From Thermoproteus sp. (GTDB taxonomy: Archaea; Thermoproteota; Thermoprotei; Thermoproteales; Thermoproteaceae): a stretch of DNA of 64,000 nucleotides. A program made the position numbers and the translations under genes. Shown here piece after piece: positions 22,265-32,224 of the stretch (within the stretch, counting starts at the first letter, position 1; every line of letters starts with the position of its first letter). Below the pieces are notes generated by a model that worked only from the letters and a program-made list of their open reading frames with translations, ran no database searches and was not told where the DNA came from. The DNA lies in assembly GCA_049976425.1 (NCBI GenBank), contig JBMFIG010000004.1, positions 26,503 to 90,502 on the forward strand, read 5' to 3'.

Positions 22265-24025
22265 ACCTCAACGACACGTCCTCCATCCCCTCGGGCAGAA
22301 TTGCTTGGGTTAGCCAATCGCCGGGCTTCACCCAAGGCAACACGATGTCCTTGTCCTCGTCTATGGTCACGTCTATCACTATAGGCTCGTTGTTCCTCAC
22401 AGCCCACGACACGGCCCTCTCCAGCTCCTCGTAGGTCGACGGCTTGACGCCCTCTATCCCGTAGGCCTCCGCTATCTTCAAGAAGTCGGGGTTCCTCGCG
22501 AACCTCACGGCGATCTGCCTATTGCCGTACATGTAGACCTGCCACTGCTTGACCAGCTGTAAGGACGCGTTGTCGAATATCACCTCGACAAAGGGCAGAT
22601 CGTACTCCCTCACCAGCGCGAGGTTGTTGAAGGTCATCTGGAACGACCCGTCGCCGTCTATACACACGACGGGCCTAGAGCGGTCGGCGAGCTTGGCGCC
22701 GAGAGCCGCAGGTATGCCGAAGCCCATCGTGCCCAGGCCGGCCGACGTTATGAAGGTCCCCGGCTCGTACACCTCCCACCAGATCTCCGACCACATCTGG
22801 TGTCCCCCCACGCCCGTCACGGTGACGGCGTTCGGCGGCGTGGCCCTCCTCACCGCCTTTAGCACCTTCCAGGGCGCGAAGTACTTGAACTTGCCGGCGG
22901 CCTTCTCCATGGCCTCTTCGTACCTCCTCCTGATCTCGTAAAGCCAGGCGAGGAACTTGGGGCTCCTCGCGGCGGCCGACGGCATTAGGTCCAGCATCTC
23001 CCTAAGAGCCTCCTTGGCGTCCGCTATTATGCCGACGGTGGGCTTCACGTTCTTCCCCACCTCGCTTCGGTCGATATCTATATGGATCAGCTTGACCTCG
23101 CCCGACCTAACCATCTCCTGGAGCTCCTTGAACCTCCCCCAAGTCCTGTCGCTGAACCTGGTCCCCACGGCCACCACCACGTCGGCGTTTGCCAAAGCCG
23201 CGTCCGCCTCGGCCCTCCCGTGCATCCCGGCCGGCCCCATATACAGCGGGTGGTTGTGGGGGATGGCGGCCTTCCCGGGCAAGGTCGACACGATGGGCGC
23301 ATTGAGCCTCTCGGCGAGCTCCAGCACCTCCTTGGTGGCGCCCGACCACAACACTCCGCCTCCCGCCAGCACCACCGGCCTCTCCGCCTCCAAGATCATC
23401 TTGACGGCCTTCGCCACGTCCTCCTCCCTGGGCTTGGGAGGTATGAACTTTGCCGCGTTTATCTGTATCTTGGCCTCGCCCCTATACTCCATCAGCTGGA
23501 GATCCCTCGGCAGATCCACCAAGGTCGGTCCGGGCCTCCCCAGCATCGAGATCTCGTAGGCGATCTTGACGGCGGCCGTGGCCTCCTCCGGCCTCTTCAC
23601 CTGGTACACCCACTTGGTTATAGGCGTCGCCACCCCCAATATGTCGGTCTCCTGGAACCCATCCCTCCCGAACACCCACGTGGCTACCTGCCCCGTTATC
23701 GCCGCGACGGGCACCGAGTCCATGTAGGCGTCGGTCAAGCCAGTCACCAAGTTCGTGGCGCCGGGGCCGCTCGTAGCGGCCACCACGGCGGGCCTCCCCG
23801 CTACTCTGGCGTAGCCCTCGGCTGCGTGCACGGCGCCCTGCTCGTGGCGGAACATGACCACCTCTATGTCGTCTACGAAATACGCCGCGTCGAATAGGGC
23901 CATTATAGAGCCGCCCGTTATTCCGAGGATGTGCCTTACCTTGAGCTCCCTAAGCGTGTCGATTATTCTGTCGACGACTCTATTGGGGCGATCCCCTCGA
24001 GCCCCGAAGCGACCCCCGAATCCAT
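22251..24025 (-). CDS. ilvB: Acetolactate synthase large subunit; proposed start ATG 24025 with a -1 frameshift in the leader
   Basis: [32 protein letters not shown] and DGDGSF; the only in-frame start (TTG 24032) lies upstream of the expected transcription start. Confidence 0.92.
23963..24025 (-). promoter_or_regulatory. ilvB leader [23 protein letters not shown] with three slip sites G-GGG-GTC(Val), G-GGG-CTC(Leu), G-GGG-ATC(Ile)
   Basis: ATG GAT TCG GGG GTC GCT TCG GGG CTC GAG GGG ATC ... TAA; TTTAAATA at 24052-24045. Confidence 0.85.
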
Positions 24026-24128
24026 ACGGCAACTATTTAACCTATATTTAAAGATTGTCTTCCTACATAAAAGGCGGAGGAGGCGCCGTACGAGCGGAAT
24101 GCTTAAAAGCTATATAGATACCTGCGCC

Positions 24129-24617
24129 ATGGAGATAAGAGGTCGGGCACTGGTCTACGGCGATAAGATAGACACCGATATAATCATACCGGCCCGCTAT
24201 CTGGTATACACCGACCCCAAGATCTTGGGCGAACACGCCATGGAGCCTCTGGACCCCGACTTCCCCAAGAAGGCCAAAGGCGCCATACTGGTGGCCGGCA
24301 GGGCCTTCGGGATGGGCAGCAGCCGCGAGCAGGCGGCGACGGCCCTCAAGGGCGCCGGCGTCTTAGCCGTCGTGGCCGAGTCCTTCGCCCGCATATTCTT
24401 CCGCAACGCCGTCAACGTAGGCCTTCCCGTCCTTCAAGCCCCCGCCAGGAGCAGAGTGAGAGAGGGCGACGAGCTCCTCGTGAGGCTGGACGCGGGCGAG
24501 GTGGTGAACCTCACCACTGGCGAGGTCATCAAGGGGAAGCCGCTCTCCGGCTTGGTCCTCGACATAATAAAAGCGGGCGGCCTCGTGGAGTACCTAAAGG
24601 CCAGGCCCCGTATATAG
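24129..24617 (+). CDS. leuD: 3-isopropylmalate dehydratase/homoaconitase small subunit
   Basis: [38 protein letters not shown] and GGL. Confidence 0.92.
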   Translation: MEIRGRALVYGDKIDTDIIIPARYLVYTDPKILGEHAMEPLDPDFPKKAKGAILVAGRAFGMGSSREQAATALKGAGVLAVVAESFARIFFRNAVNVGLPVLQAPARSRVREGDELLVRLDAGEVVNLTTGEVIKGKPLSGLVLDIIKAGGLVEYLKARPRI

Positions 24618-24666
24618 AGCGAATATAGTCGGCGCTAGGCTTAAATATCCCGCGGCCTCTGCCGCC

Positions 24667-24687
24667 ATGCGTTCGGGGAAAACGTAA
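24667..24687 (+). promoter_or_regulatory. Homocitrate synthase leader ORF MRSGKT* with slip site TCG-GGG-AAA(Lys)
   Basis: ATG CGT TCG GGG AAA ACG TAA; CTTAAATA at 24640-24647; -1 frame reads GENVKILDSTLREGEQ. Confidence 0.85.
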
Positions 24688-26060
24688 AGATCCTCGACTC
24701 GACGCTGAGGGAAGGCGAGCAGACCCCCGGCGTCGTCTTCTCCGAAGATTGGAGGATTAGGATCGCCAAGGCCCTCTCAGATGCCGGCGTCCACATGATA
24801 GAGGTGGGCGATCCCAACGTGGCGCCCGACATAAGGTCGGCCATAGCGAAGATAGTGGCCATGAAGAGAGACGGCGAGATAGCCGGCGAGATCGTGGCCC
24901 ACAGCAGATCGGTCAAGGCAGATATAGAGAACGCCGCGTCGCTCGAGCCCGACAGGGTGGCTATATTCTACGGCGTGAGCGACATACACTTGAAGCACAA
25001 GCACAGGAAGTCGAGGGAGGAGGCCCTGTCCATAATTGCGGAGCACGTGGAGTTCGCGAGGAGCCACGGAGTGCGCGTGAGGTTCACTGCCGAGGACGCC
25101 ACGCGGGCCGACCCCGACTACTTAATACAGGTGGTCAAGACGGCGAGGGATGCGGGAGCCGACAGGGTGAGCATCGCCGACACCGTGGGTATCTTGACGC
25201 CCGAGAAGGCGCGGCGGCTGTTCGCCGAGGTCAAGGAGGCCGTGCCCGACGTGGGGCTCGACATACACGCCCACAACGACCTCGGCATGGCGGTGGCCAA
25301 CTCCTTGGCGGCCGTCGAGGGGGGAGCCGACGTGGTCCACACGACGGTGAACGGCCTCGGCGAGAGGGCAGGGATAACGCCGCTCCAGACGTTCGCCGCG
25401 GCGTACTACTACCACAGGGGGGTGAAGCTGATAGATCTGACTAAGTTGCCCTACCTGGCCTCCTTGGTGGAGGCGGCCAGCGGCATAGCGCAGATGCCCA
25501 CGTTCCCCGTGACCGGCGACAACGCCTTCACGCACAAGGCCGGGGTCCACCAGGCCGGCGTGTTGGCGAGCCCCGAGACCTACGAGCCGTTCCCTCCCGA
25601 GGTGGTGGGCCGCACGAGGGACTTCTCGTTGGACAAATACAGCGGGAGGAAGGCCGTCGCCCACAGGCTCGAGAGGCTCGGCGTCAAGGTCGACGAGGAG
25701 GTCTTGGGGAAGCTCGTGGAGGAGCTGAAGTCCACCAACGCGCGGAGGCTACGCGACGAGGATCTCCTCGAGATGTTGGAGAAGATAACCGGGATGAGGT
25801 ACAGGGCGCAGGTCAACAAGCACATAGAGGCGTACGTCTGGGTGAAAGTCGACGAGAACGTCTACACGACGTCGGTGGCCAGGAGGATCATGGCGATAAG
25901 GGGCGTGACCGGCGTCGGCGAGGTGACGGGCGAGTTCGACATAGTGGCCAAGATATCGGCCGAGAACGCCGAGGAGCTGAACAGGATAATCGAGGAGGTG
26001 AGGGCCGTCAAGGGCGTCAAGTCGACGCTCACCAATATAGTCCTGAAACAGCTTTCATAA
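24667..26060 (+). CDS. Homocitrate synthase with C-terminal Lrp/AsnC (RAM) domain; start ATG 24667 requires a -1 frameshift at 24675-24678
   Basis: DSTLREGEQ motif lies upstream of the first in-frame ATG (24795); HAHNDLG, GLGERAG and HKAGVH; C-terminal VTGEFDIVAKI RAM domain as in Sulfolobus HCS. Confidence 0.88.
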
Positions 26061-26080
26061 ACCCCTCCGTCCCGCATCGA

Positions 26081-26755
26081 GTGCCCCTGGTTTCTTGGGA
26101 CGAGGTTACGCCGGAGGAGCTCAAGCGTAGATATAGGGGAGGGCCTCTGCTGATACTGACCCACTGCACCAAGACCAAGAACGTCGAGTGGCGCGCCGTC
26201 GCTGACGCGTTGGCGTCCGCCGGGCTCCCCACGCCCGGCATGGATCTAGAGAGGGAGGAGCTCTATAGATCCGCCTTGAGGGATTTCGTCAAGCCCGCGG
26301 CTGAAATGTATGGGGGCTCCTTCAAGAGGGTCAGGGAAATCGCCGAGGCGGTCGCCAGATGCCTCCCCGTCGACCTCTATATACTGAGCGCGAGATACGG
26401 CTTGATAAGGGCCGACGAGATCGTGGTGCCCTACGAAGCCACGCTGAACGGACTGAGCGCGGCTGAGCTGGAGCGGTGGGCCGAGGCCAGAGGCGTCTGG
26501 GACAAGGCGGTCGAGCTTCTGGAAAAGGGGTACGGGATGGCCGTGGCCTTCCTCCCCGGCAATTATGCCAGAGCCCTCGGGCCGGCTCTAGGCAAGATGC
26601 TGGCCTCGGAGAACGCCCTTCTGTTGATCCCCCAGAGGCTGGCAGGACGTAGCCCCAGAGCGCTTGTGGTGAAGAACAGAGGGATTTTCAGCAGATACGG
26701 CGATCTGTCCAACGCCAGACGCCTTCTAGAGAAAGCCCTCTGCGATCAATATTAA
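26081..26755 (+). CDS. Hypothetical protein, DUF6884/YaaA-like
   Basis: PAAEMYGG...LYILSARYGLI...PYEATL motif. Confidence 0.6.
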   Translation: MPLVSWDEVTPEELKRRYRGGPLLILTHCTKTKNVEWRAVADALASAGLPTPGMDLEREELYRSALRDFVKPAAEMYGGSFKRVREIAEAVARCLPVDLYILSARYGLIRADEIVVPYEATLNGLSAAELERWAEARGVWDKAVELLEKGYGMAVAFLPGNYARALGPALGKMLASENALLLIPQRLAGRSPRALVVKNRGIFSRYGDLSNARRLLEKALCDQY

Positions 26756-26774
26756 AAGGGGGCTTTACCGATAC

Positions 26775-27755
26775 ATGAAGCTCGCGGTCATCCCAGGCGA
26801 CGGCATAGGGCCCGAGGTGGTGTCGGCCGCGATGAGGGTCGTCGAGGCCGCGGCTAGGAGGTTCTCCATAGACATAGAGGCCAAATACGTCGAGGCGGGA
26901 GACGCGGCGTTGAGGAAGTACGGCAGAGCCATGCCCGACGACGCCTGGCGCGTCGTGGACTCGGCCGACGCCGTCCTCAAAGGCCCCGTCGGCGAGATCG
27001 CATACGACGTCACCTCGGCTATAAGGATGAAGTACGTCCTCTACGCCAACATAAGGCCGGCCAAAAGCCTTCCGGGGGTGCCCTCGGTGAAGCCCATAGA
27101 CTGCGTCTTCATTAGAGAGAACGTCGAGGACGTATACGTGGGGGCCGAGTACAAGGTCGGCGACGTGGCCATCGCGCTCAAGGTCATCACGGGGCAGGGC
27201 ACCAGGAGAGTCGCCAGGATGGCCAGACGCTACGCGGAGATGAGGAGGAGGAAGGTCACCATAGTCACCAAGTCCAACGTGTTGAGGGTGGTGGACGCCT
27301 TCTTCAGAGATGTGGCGAAGGAGGAGCTCAAGGGGCTTGAGGTCGAGGAGATGTACGTGGACGCGGCTGCCATGGAGCTCGTGAGGAACCCCGCCCGCTT
27401 CGACGTGGTGCTCACGACCAACCAATACGGCGATATACTCACCGACCTCGCGGCGCAGGTGGCCGGAAGCCTCGGGCTGGCGCCGTCGGCAAATATAGGG
27501 GACTCCAAGGCCATGTTCGAGCCGGTCCACGGAGCCGCGTTCGACATAGCCGGCAAGGGCATAGCGAATCCCGTGGCGACCATACTCTCGACGGCTTTGA
27601 TGTTCGAGTGGATGGGGCGCAACGACGCGGCGGCGGCCGTGAGGAGGGCTGTGGAGGAGGCTCTGAGGCGCGGCGTCGCTACGCCGGACGTGGGAGGCCG
27701 CTCCACCACCGAGGAGGTGGGCAAATATATAGCATCCCTCGTCGAAAATATATAA
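26775..27755 (+). CDS. leuB: 3-isopropylmalate/homoisocitrate dehydrogenase family
   Basis: PGDGIGPEV, RENVED, NQYGDILTD, FEPVHGAAFDIAGKGIANP. Confidence 0.9.
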   Translation: MKLAVIPGDGIGPEVVSAAMRVVEAAARRFSIDIEAKYVEAGDAALRKYGRAMPDDAWRVVDSADAVLKGPVGEIAYDVTSAIRMKYVLYANIRPAKSLPGVPSVKPIDCVFIRENVEDVYVGAEYKVGDVAIALKVITGQGTRRVARMARRYAEMRRRKVTIVTKSNVLRVVDAFFRDVAKEELKGLEVEEMYVDAAAMELVRNPARFDVVLTTNQYGDILTDLAAQVAGSLGLAPSANIGDSKAMFEPVHGAAFDIAGKGIANPVATILSTALMFEWMGRNDAAAAVRRAVEEALRRGVATPDVGGRSTTEEVGKYIASLVENI

Positions 27756-27775
27756 CTCGGCGTAGGACATATAGA

Positions 27776-28048
27776 ATGGACTGCGCGTCTATCTGCGGCG
27801 TCTCCTTCTCCGCAGATTTCGGCGAGGACGAGGCCTCGTTGTTGAGGGCCATCTATGCCGCCGCGATCCGCCTCGGCCCTCCGGGCGCTTGCTACGTGAT
27901 ATGCAAGTCCGTCGAGAGGCTGTGCGGGATCTCGGGCGACTGCAACGCAGCCCTTAGGGAATTCGTCAAGAAATACCCCAAGGCGGCCGAGCTCTACCGG
28001 TCCGAGCTCCTACGTATCGCCGCTGGCGTGCGGGAGAAGCCGGCTTAA
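27776..28048 (+). CDS. Small Cys-rich hypothetical protein (90 aa)
   Basis: ATG 27776 downstream of ATATATAA; genome-typical codon usage. Confidence 0.55.
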   Translation: MDCASICGVSFSADFGEDEASLLRAIYAAAIRLGPPGACYVICKSVERLCGISGDCNAALREFVKKYPKAAELYRSELLRIAAGVREKPA

Positions 28049-28558
28049 CGCCTGCGAGAAGTAGTCGACGAAGCCCTCCTGTTCGAATAGAGGAGGCAGA
28101 AGCTTTCCGCGGCAACCGGCGTCCCGCCAAGCCGCCTCGATCCTGTCGTATATGATACCCCTCGTCAGAACCACCGGGGCCGCCAAATCTCTACAAGAGG
28201 ACTGCTGTATAGACGGCTCGCCTTCTAGGAATACGTAGGGAAGGCCTAGGGACTTCACATCGGATATGTACTCCTCGTCGTCGCCGCCGTGGAATATGTA
28301 GAGATAGGCGCCCAAGCTCCTCAGATAGTCGCCGAACCCCGGCCAGCGCGCGAGAGGCGGTATGGAGGACCCCGCCAACGCCGCCGCCCTCTTGTAATCC
28401 CCGCCGCCCGCCACGAACACGGGCACGTAGAGCGCTCCCGACGGCTTCGTGGGCTCGTTAAGGAAGGCGTATCTGACGCCGAGCCTCTCGGCGAAGGCCT
28501 TTACCGACTCCTTATATCTGGGATCGCGCGATCCGTGGAGAAGGAGGACGATATCCAC
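28010..28558 (-). CDS. CbiX/SirB-like chelatase family protein
   Basis: VLLLHGSRDP N-terminal motif; second FHG repeat; GEPS. Confidence 0.6.
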   Translation of the reverse strand: MDIVLLLHGSRDPRYKESVKAFAERLGVRYAFLNEPTKPSGALYVPVFVAGGGDYKRAAALAGSSIPPLARWPGFGDYLRSLGAYLYIFHGGDDEEYISDVKSLGLPYVFLEGEPSIQQSSCRDLAAPVVLTRGIIYDRIEAAWRDAGCRGKLLPPLFEQEGFVDYFSQALSRLLPHASGDT

Positions 28559-28630
28559 GCGGCTTTCCCGACTGATCTTGAAAAGCCTTAATGTCATGGT
28601 GGACAGGAATCTATATACTAGGCGGGGAAG

Positions 28631-28795
28631 TTATGTAACTTCTATATGTTCGGTGAGCAACTCCGTGCCGCAACGGGGACAGCAATAGGTCACCAGTATG
28701 TACCTTTTGGATAGGGATTTCCTGCTACATTCTTTGGGCTTCACCGGACGTTTGCAGTTCGGGCATACGACCGTGGAGAGTCTGCGTTCCCCCAT
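28631..28795 (-). CDS. Small zinc-ribbon protein (54 aa), not in the ORF track
   Basis: MGERRLSTVVCPNCKRPVKPKECSRKSLSKRYILVTYCCPRCGTELLTEHIEVT; two CPxC knuckles; TATATAAA upstream. Confidence 0.7.
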   Translation of the reverse strand: MGERRLSTVVCPNCKRPVKPKECSRKSLSKRYILVTYCCPRCGTELLTEHIEVT

Positions 28796-28936
28796 CGACG
28801 TCTAGAGAGCCTCCCTTTATATAGCTTTTTATCCCTTTTTCTAGAGTAATATCGATCTCTATATAGAGACTCTCAAAGAAAATTATAAGCAATTTTCAAA
28901 GTTAATACTATAATAAATAACTTTATTATTAGAGTT

Positions 28937-30159
28937 TTATTTCTTATCCATAGATCTTTTACTTAACGCCGTCAAGCTATGTAGCGACCACATCTCTATG
29001 AACCCCCTCGCCTCCTCGTCGGTCGGGTACCACCCCTTGGAGTAGTCCGCCAGCTCCTTGCTGTAGGTGCCGTATTTGGAGTCCCTGGCGACTATCTGCA
29101 CAGATCCCTTGTAGAGCTTCGCCTTCACCCACCCGTCGACCCACCTCTCCATCTCGCCGGCGGCCGCCTCGATGGCGAGCCTGAGCGGCTCCACCCACAG
29201 CCCCTGGTAGACTAGGTCTGCCCAGTAGGGGTCGAGGACGTTGTGCTTGAACCTGAGCTCCCTCGGCGTGAGGACCAGCTTCTCGAGATCCCTATGCGAC
29301 TCGAAGAGTATGACCGCGGCGGGGGCCTCGTACACCTCTCTGCTCTTGAAGCCCACCAGCCTGCTCTCGATGTGGTCTATCCTCCCGACCCCCGCGGCTC
29401 CGCCTATCTGGTTAAGCGCCTTCACGAGGGAGAGCATGTCCATGCGCTCGCCGTTGATAGCCCTAGGCAGGCCCCCCTCGAACTCTATCTCCACGTAGGT
29501 TGGCTGGTCGGGCGCCTTCTCGGGCTGGACGGTCCACTTGAAGGCGTCCTCGGGCGGCTCGAGCCTCTGGTCGTCGACGGGCCCTCCCTCTATGGAGCGG
29601 CTCCAGAGGTTCTCGTCTATGCTGTACTTCTTGTGGGCCTCCGGCACAGGTATGCCGTGCTTCTTGGCGTACTCGATCTCCTGCTCCCTGCCCATGCCCC
29701 AAACCCTCGCGGGGGCCAACACCTCCAAGTCGGGCGCAAGGGCCTTTGCGGTGACGTCGAAACGGACCTGGTCGTTTCCCTTGCTGGTGCTCCCGTGGGC
29801 TATGGCGTCAGCCCCCTCGCGCCTCGCCACCTCGACGGTCTTCGCGACAATCAGCGGCCTGGCCAACGCAGTGCCTAGGGGGTACTTCCCCTCGTACATG
29901 GCGTTCATGAGGACGGCCCTGCCGACGTACTCCTCGGCGAATTCCCTCTTGGCGTCTATGGTGTAGTGCTTGACCGCGCCGGCCTTATAGGCCCTCGCCT
30001 CGACCTCCGAGAAGTCCTCCTCCTGCCCTACGTCGACCGTGACCGTGATAACCTCGGCGTTGTACTTCTCCGAGAGCCACTTGATGGCGACCGTGGTGTC
30101 GAGCCCGCCCGAGTAGGCGAGCGCGATCCTGCTTATTCTCGCCCCGACTTACTCGCCAT
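28937..30159 (-). CDS. argG: Argininosuccinate synthase; proposed start ATG 30159 with a -1 frameshift at about 30145-30142
   Basis: N-terminal LAYSGGLDT motif is in frame but has no ATG/GTG/TTG before it; YPLGTALARP, HGSTSKGNDQVRF and KSREVYEAP. Confidence 0.92.
30133..30159 (-). promoter_or_regulatory. argG leader ORF MASKSGRE* with slip site TCG-GGG-CGA(Arg)
   Basis: ATG GCG AGT AAG TCG GGG CGA GAA TAA; ATG overlaps the lysW 3' end after a purine-rich tract; -1 frame reads GARISRIALAYSGGLDT. Confidence 0.85.
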
Positions 30160-30334
30160 AGTCCTCCACATCCCCCTTGAACTCCTCTAGGGTTACCGAG
30201 CCGCCCTTGAGCCTCACAATATACCGGGTCCCGCACGTGGGGCAACTGGCTATCTCGCCGTCCATCACGTCCTCCGGCAACTCGAACTCCGTGCCGCAGA
30301 CCTTGCACTGGACCACCAGCTTTTGGGTTGCCAT
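30149..30334 (-). CDS. lysW: Amino-group carrier protein LysW
   Basis: 61 aa; CKVCG...GEIASCPTCG zinc ribbon; C-terminal EDYGE (canonical EDWGE). Confidence 0.92.
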   Translation of the reverse strand: MATQKLVVQCKVCGTEFELPEDVMDGEIASCPTCGTRYIVRLKGGSVTLEEFKGDVEDYGE

Positions 30335-30404
30335 ATGGGCGAGTTCTGGGGTATATAAAACCTTTACCGACAAGGCCGGGCGGCCTCGCCGCGGGCGGCC
30401 AGCC

Positions 30405-31388
30405 TCAGCCGGTCCGCCTCAACGCCAGCTTGACCAGCTCGCGGTGGAGCGGCGTCTGCCACGCGTAGTCCTTCCCCACCCCGAGATCCTTACCTCCCTC
30501 GATCGGGGCTAGGGGATCCACGATCTTTACCACTAAGTTTTTCGAGACCAGATATCTAATGAGCTCTCTGGGGGCATCCAGCAGAACGTCGGGGTCGGCC
30601 AGCGCCTCCTCGACGACCTTTCTATACTTCGCCAGCAACTGCACGTCGATACCCCTAACCTTATACATCTTCTCCACAAGCCTCTCGACCGACCAGCCCT
30701 CCCCGGCGAGCAGCTCAACTAATCTAGGGTTGCCGCCCGCGGCGCTCCAGAGCCGCTCCGCGTCTTGGCCTGCATCGGGTATCTGCCCCACCAGCTCCTT
30801 GAAGCCCGCCTTGTTGAGGTTCCAGATAGTCCTCACGTCGGCCCACAGATGCCGGCCGATGGCCTCGAGGCTTTCTCCCTCAGACGAGGCCAAGATCACG
30901 AATATCTTCCCCACCTCCACGGGCGGGTGCTCGGCTAAGTTGAGAGCCTTCTTTACGTATAGCTCTGCGTTGCTTACTGACTGAAATACGTCGTCTAGGA
31001 GCAATGCGAGGCTGTCTATCCTCCTCACGCCTAGCCTTCTGGCGAATATCTCGCCGATCGCCAACACGGCCTCGGCCACGGCCGAGGCGAGTTCTCCTCC
31101 AACGGCGCGGGCGAGGGACGTGACGGCCTTCTTTACGTCGTCTGGCGCCGTCAGCCCCTCCTCGGGGCCGTATAGCGGGGAGTAGTAGATCACGTAGTCG
31201 TAGGACCCGGAAAGCCTCTTGTGCAAGTACCTCAGAAGGGAGGTCTTGCCGCACCCCTCGGGGCCGTATATGACCAGAGGCACCGAGCGGCCGCGCTGGG
31301 CGAGGTCCAACAGCCTCTCTGTCTCGTCGCCGCGGTCGGCGAAACAGACGTAACGCCCCAAGAACTTCACCCTAAAGCCGCAGTCCAC
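30405..31388 (-). CDS. Archaeal ATPase (Thermoproteaceae-expanded family)
   Basis: FADR, YGPEGCGKT, LDDVFQ, SSEG, GGNPR and GVGKDYAWQTP; GTG 31388 lies 26 nt from TTTATA. Confidence 0.85.
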   Translation of the reverse strand: MDCGFRVKFLGRYVCFADRGDETERLLDLAQRGRSVPLVIYGPEGCGKTSLLRYLHKRLSGSYDYVIYYSPLYGPEEGLTAPDDVKKAVTSLARAVGGELASAVAEAVLAIGEIFARRLGVRRIDSLALLLDDVFQSVSNAELYVKKALNLAEHPPVEVGKIFVILASSEGESLEAIGRHLWADVRTIWNLNKAGFKELVGQIPDAGQDAERLWSAAGGNPRLVELLAGEGWSVERLVEKMYKVRGIDVQLLAKYRKVVEEALADPDVLLDAPRELIRYLVSKNLVVKIVDPLAPIEGGKDLGVGKDYAWQTPLHRELVKLALRRTG

Positions 31389-31444
31389 CGGCGTAGAGGG
31401 GACAACGATATAAATCTTTGGCGGGACCTTCGGCAGGCCGCGCG

Positions 31445-32224
31445 CTACCCGACCACGTGGGTCCCCGCGCCGTTGAGGGCAACATCTATGGGGGCCTCCA
31501 CCAAGCCGCTGGATATTATCACCTCGATCCCGGCCTTGGCGGCCTCTGCGGCCATCAACAGCTTCCTCTTCATGCCGCCTTTGACCTCCTCGTTCTGGAC
31601 AAGCCGCTCCGCCTCTTCGGCCGTGAGGCGCGGCACCACCCTCCCGCCGATATAGAGGCCCTCGACGTCGCTGAGGAGCACCAGCTTCTCGGCGCCTGTC
31701 CTTTTGGCCACGTCGAACGCCAGCTGGTCGCCGTCTATGTTCAGGAGCTCGCCCCTCTCCGACACGGCGATGGGGGCCAGCACCCTCAACGGCGGCGGCG
31801 CCAGCTTGGAGGCGTCTATCTCTGTTATACGGCCCACGTAGCCCCCGTCCACGACCCTCTGCCTCCCCCTCTCGTCGACCACCAGCACCTTCTCCTTGCG
31901 CTTGGCCCTCACCACGCCTAGATCGGCCCCGGTTAGGCCCAGCGCCGGCACGCCCATGCCGTGTAGCGAGGCGACTATGGACTTGTTTATCCAGCTCATG
32001 GCCATGACGAAGGCCTTTAAGGTCTCCCAGTCCGTGTAGCGGCTTACGAGCCCGCCGGGGTGCGTGAGGAATTTCGGCTCTATCCCCATCCTCTTCATCA
32101 ACTCGTTGACAAGACACCCCCCGCCGTGGACCACGACCGCCTTGTCGGCGTATTTGGGCAGGTTGCGGATCGCCATCGAGGCGTCCTTGCAGATAACGGA
32201 TCCTCCTATCTTGATCACGATCAT
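31445..32224 (-). CDS. lysZ: [LysW]-aminoadipate/[LysW]-glutamate kinase
   Basis: [32 protein letters not shown] and GGMKRKL. Confidence 0.92.
   Translation of the reverse strand: MIVIKIGGSVICKDASMAIRNLPKYADKAVVVHGGGCLVNELMKRMGIEPKFLTHPGGLVSRYTDWETLKAFVMAMSWINKSIVASLHGMGVPALGLTGADLGVVRAKRKEKVLVVDERGRQRVVDGGYVGRITEIDASKLAPPPLRVLAPIAVSERGELLNIDGDQLAFDVAKRTGAEKLVLLSDVEGLYIGGRVVPRLTAEEAERLVQNEEVKGGMKRKLLMAAEAAKAGIEVIISSGLVEAPIDVALNGAGTHVVG

Noticed and set aside
24675-24683. Canonical X-XXY-YYZ tandem slippery heptamer (GGGAAAA) at the HCS leader
   Set aside because: The heptamer is not in the ATG reading frame, and the other sites lack it; only single P-site re-pairing on G-GGG is common to all.
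28787-28795. ATG-GGG-GAA at the start of the zinc-ribbon gene
   Set aside because: The ORF is already in frame, so no shift is needed.
28937-30334. LysW-ArgG fusion by stop-codon readthrough (both are in the same frame)
   Set aside because: LysW needs a free C-terminal Glu, and the overlapping ATG with the G-GGG-CGA site explains argG in the same way as the other loci.
31389-32117. 570-aa ORF 30405-32117 as a single long protein
   Set aside because: The 5' part is an alternate frame of lysZ; the ATPase starts at GTG 31388 behind its own TATA box.
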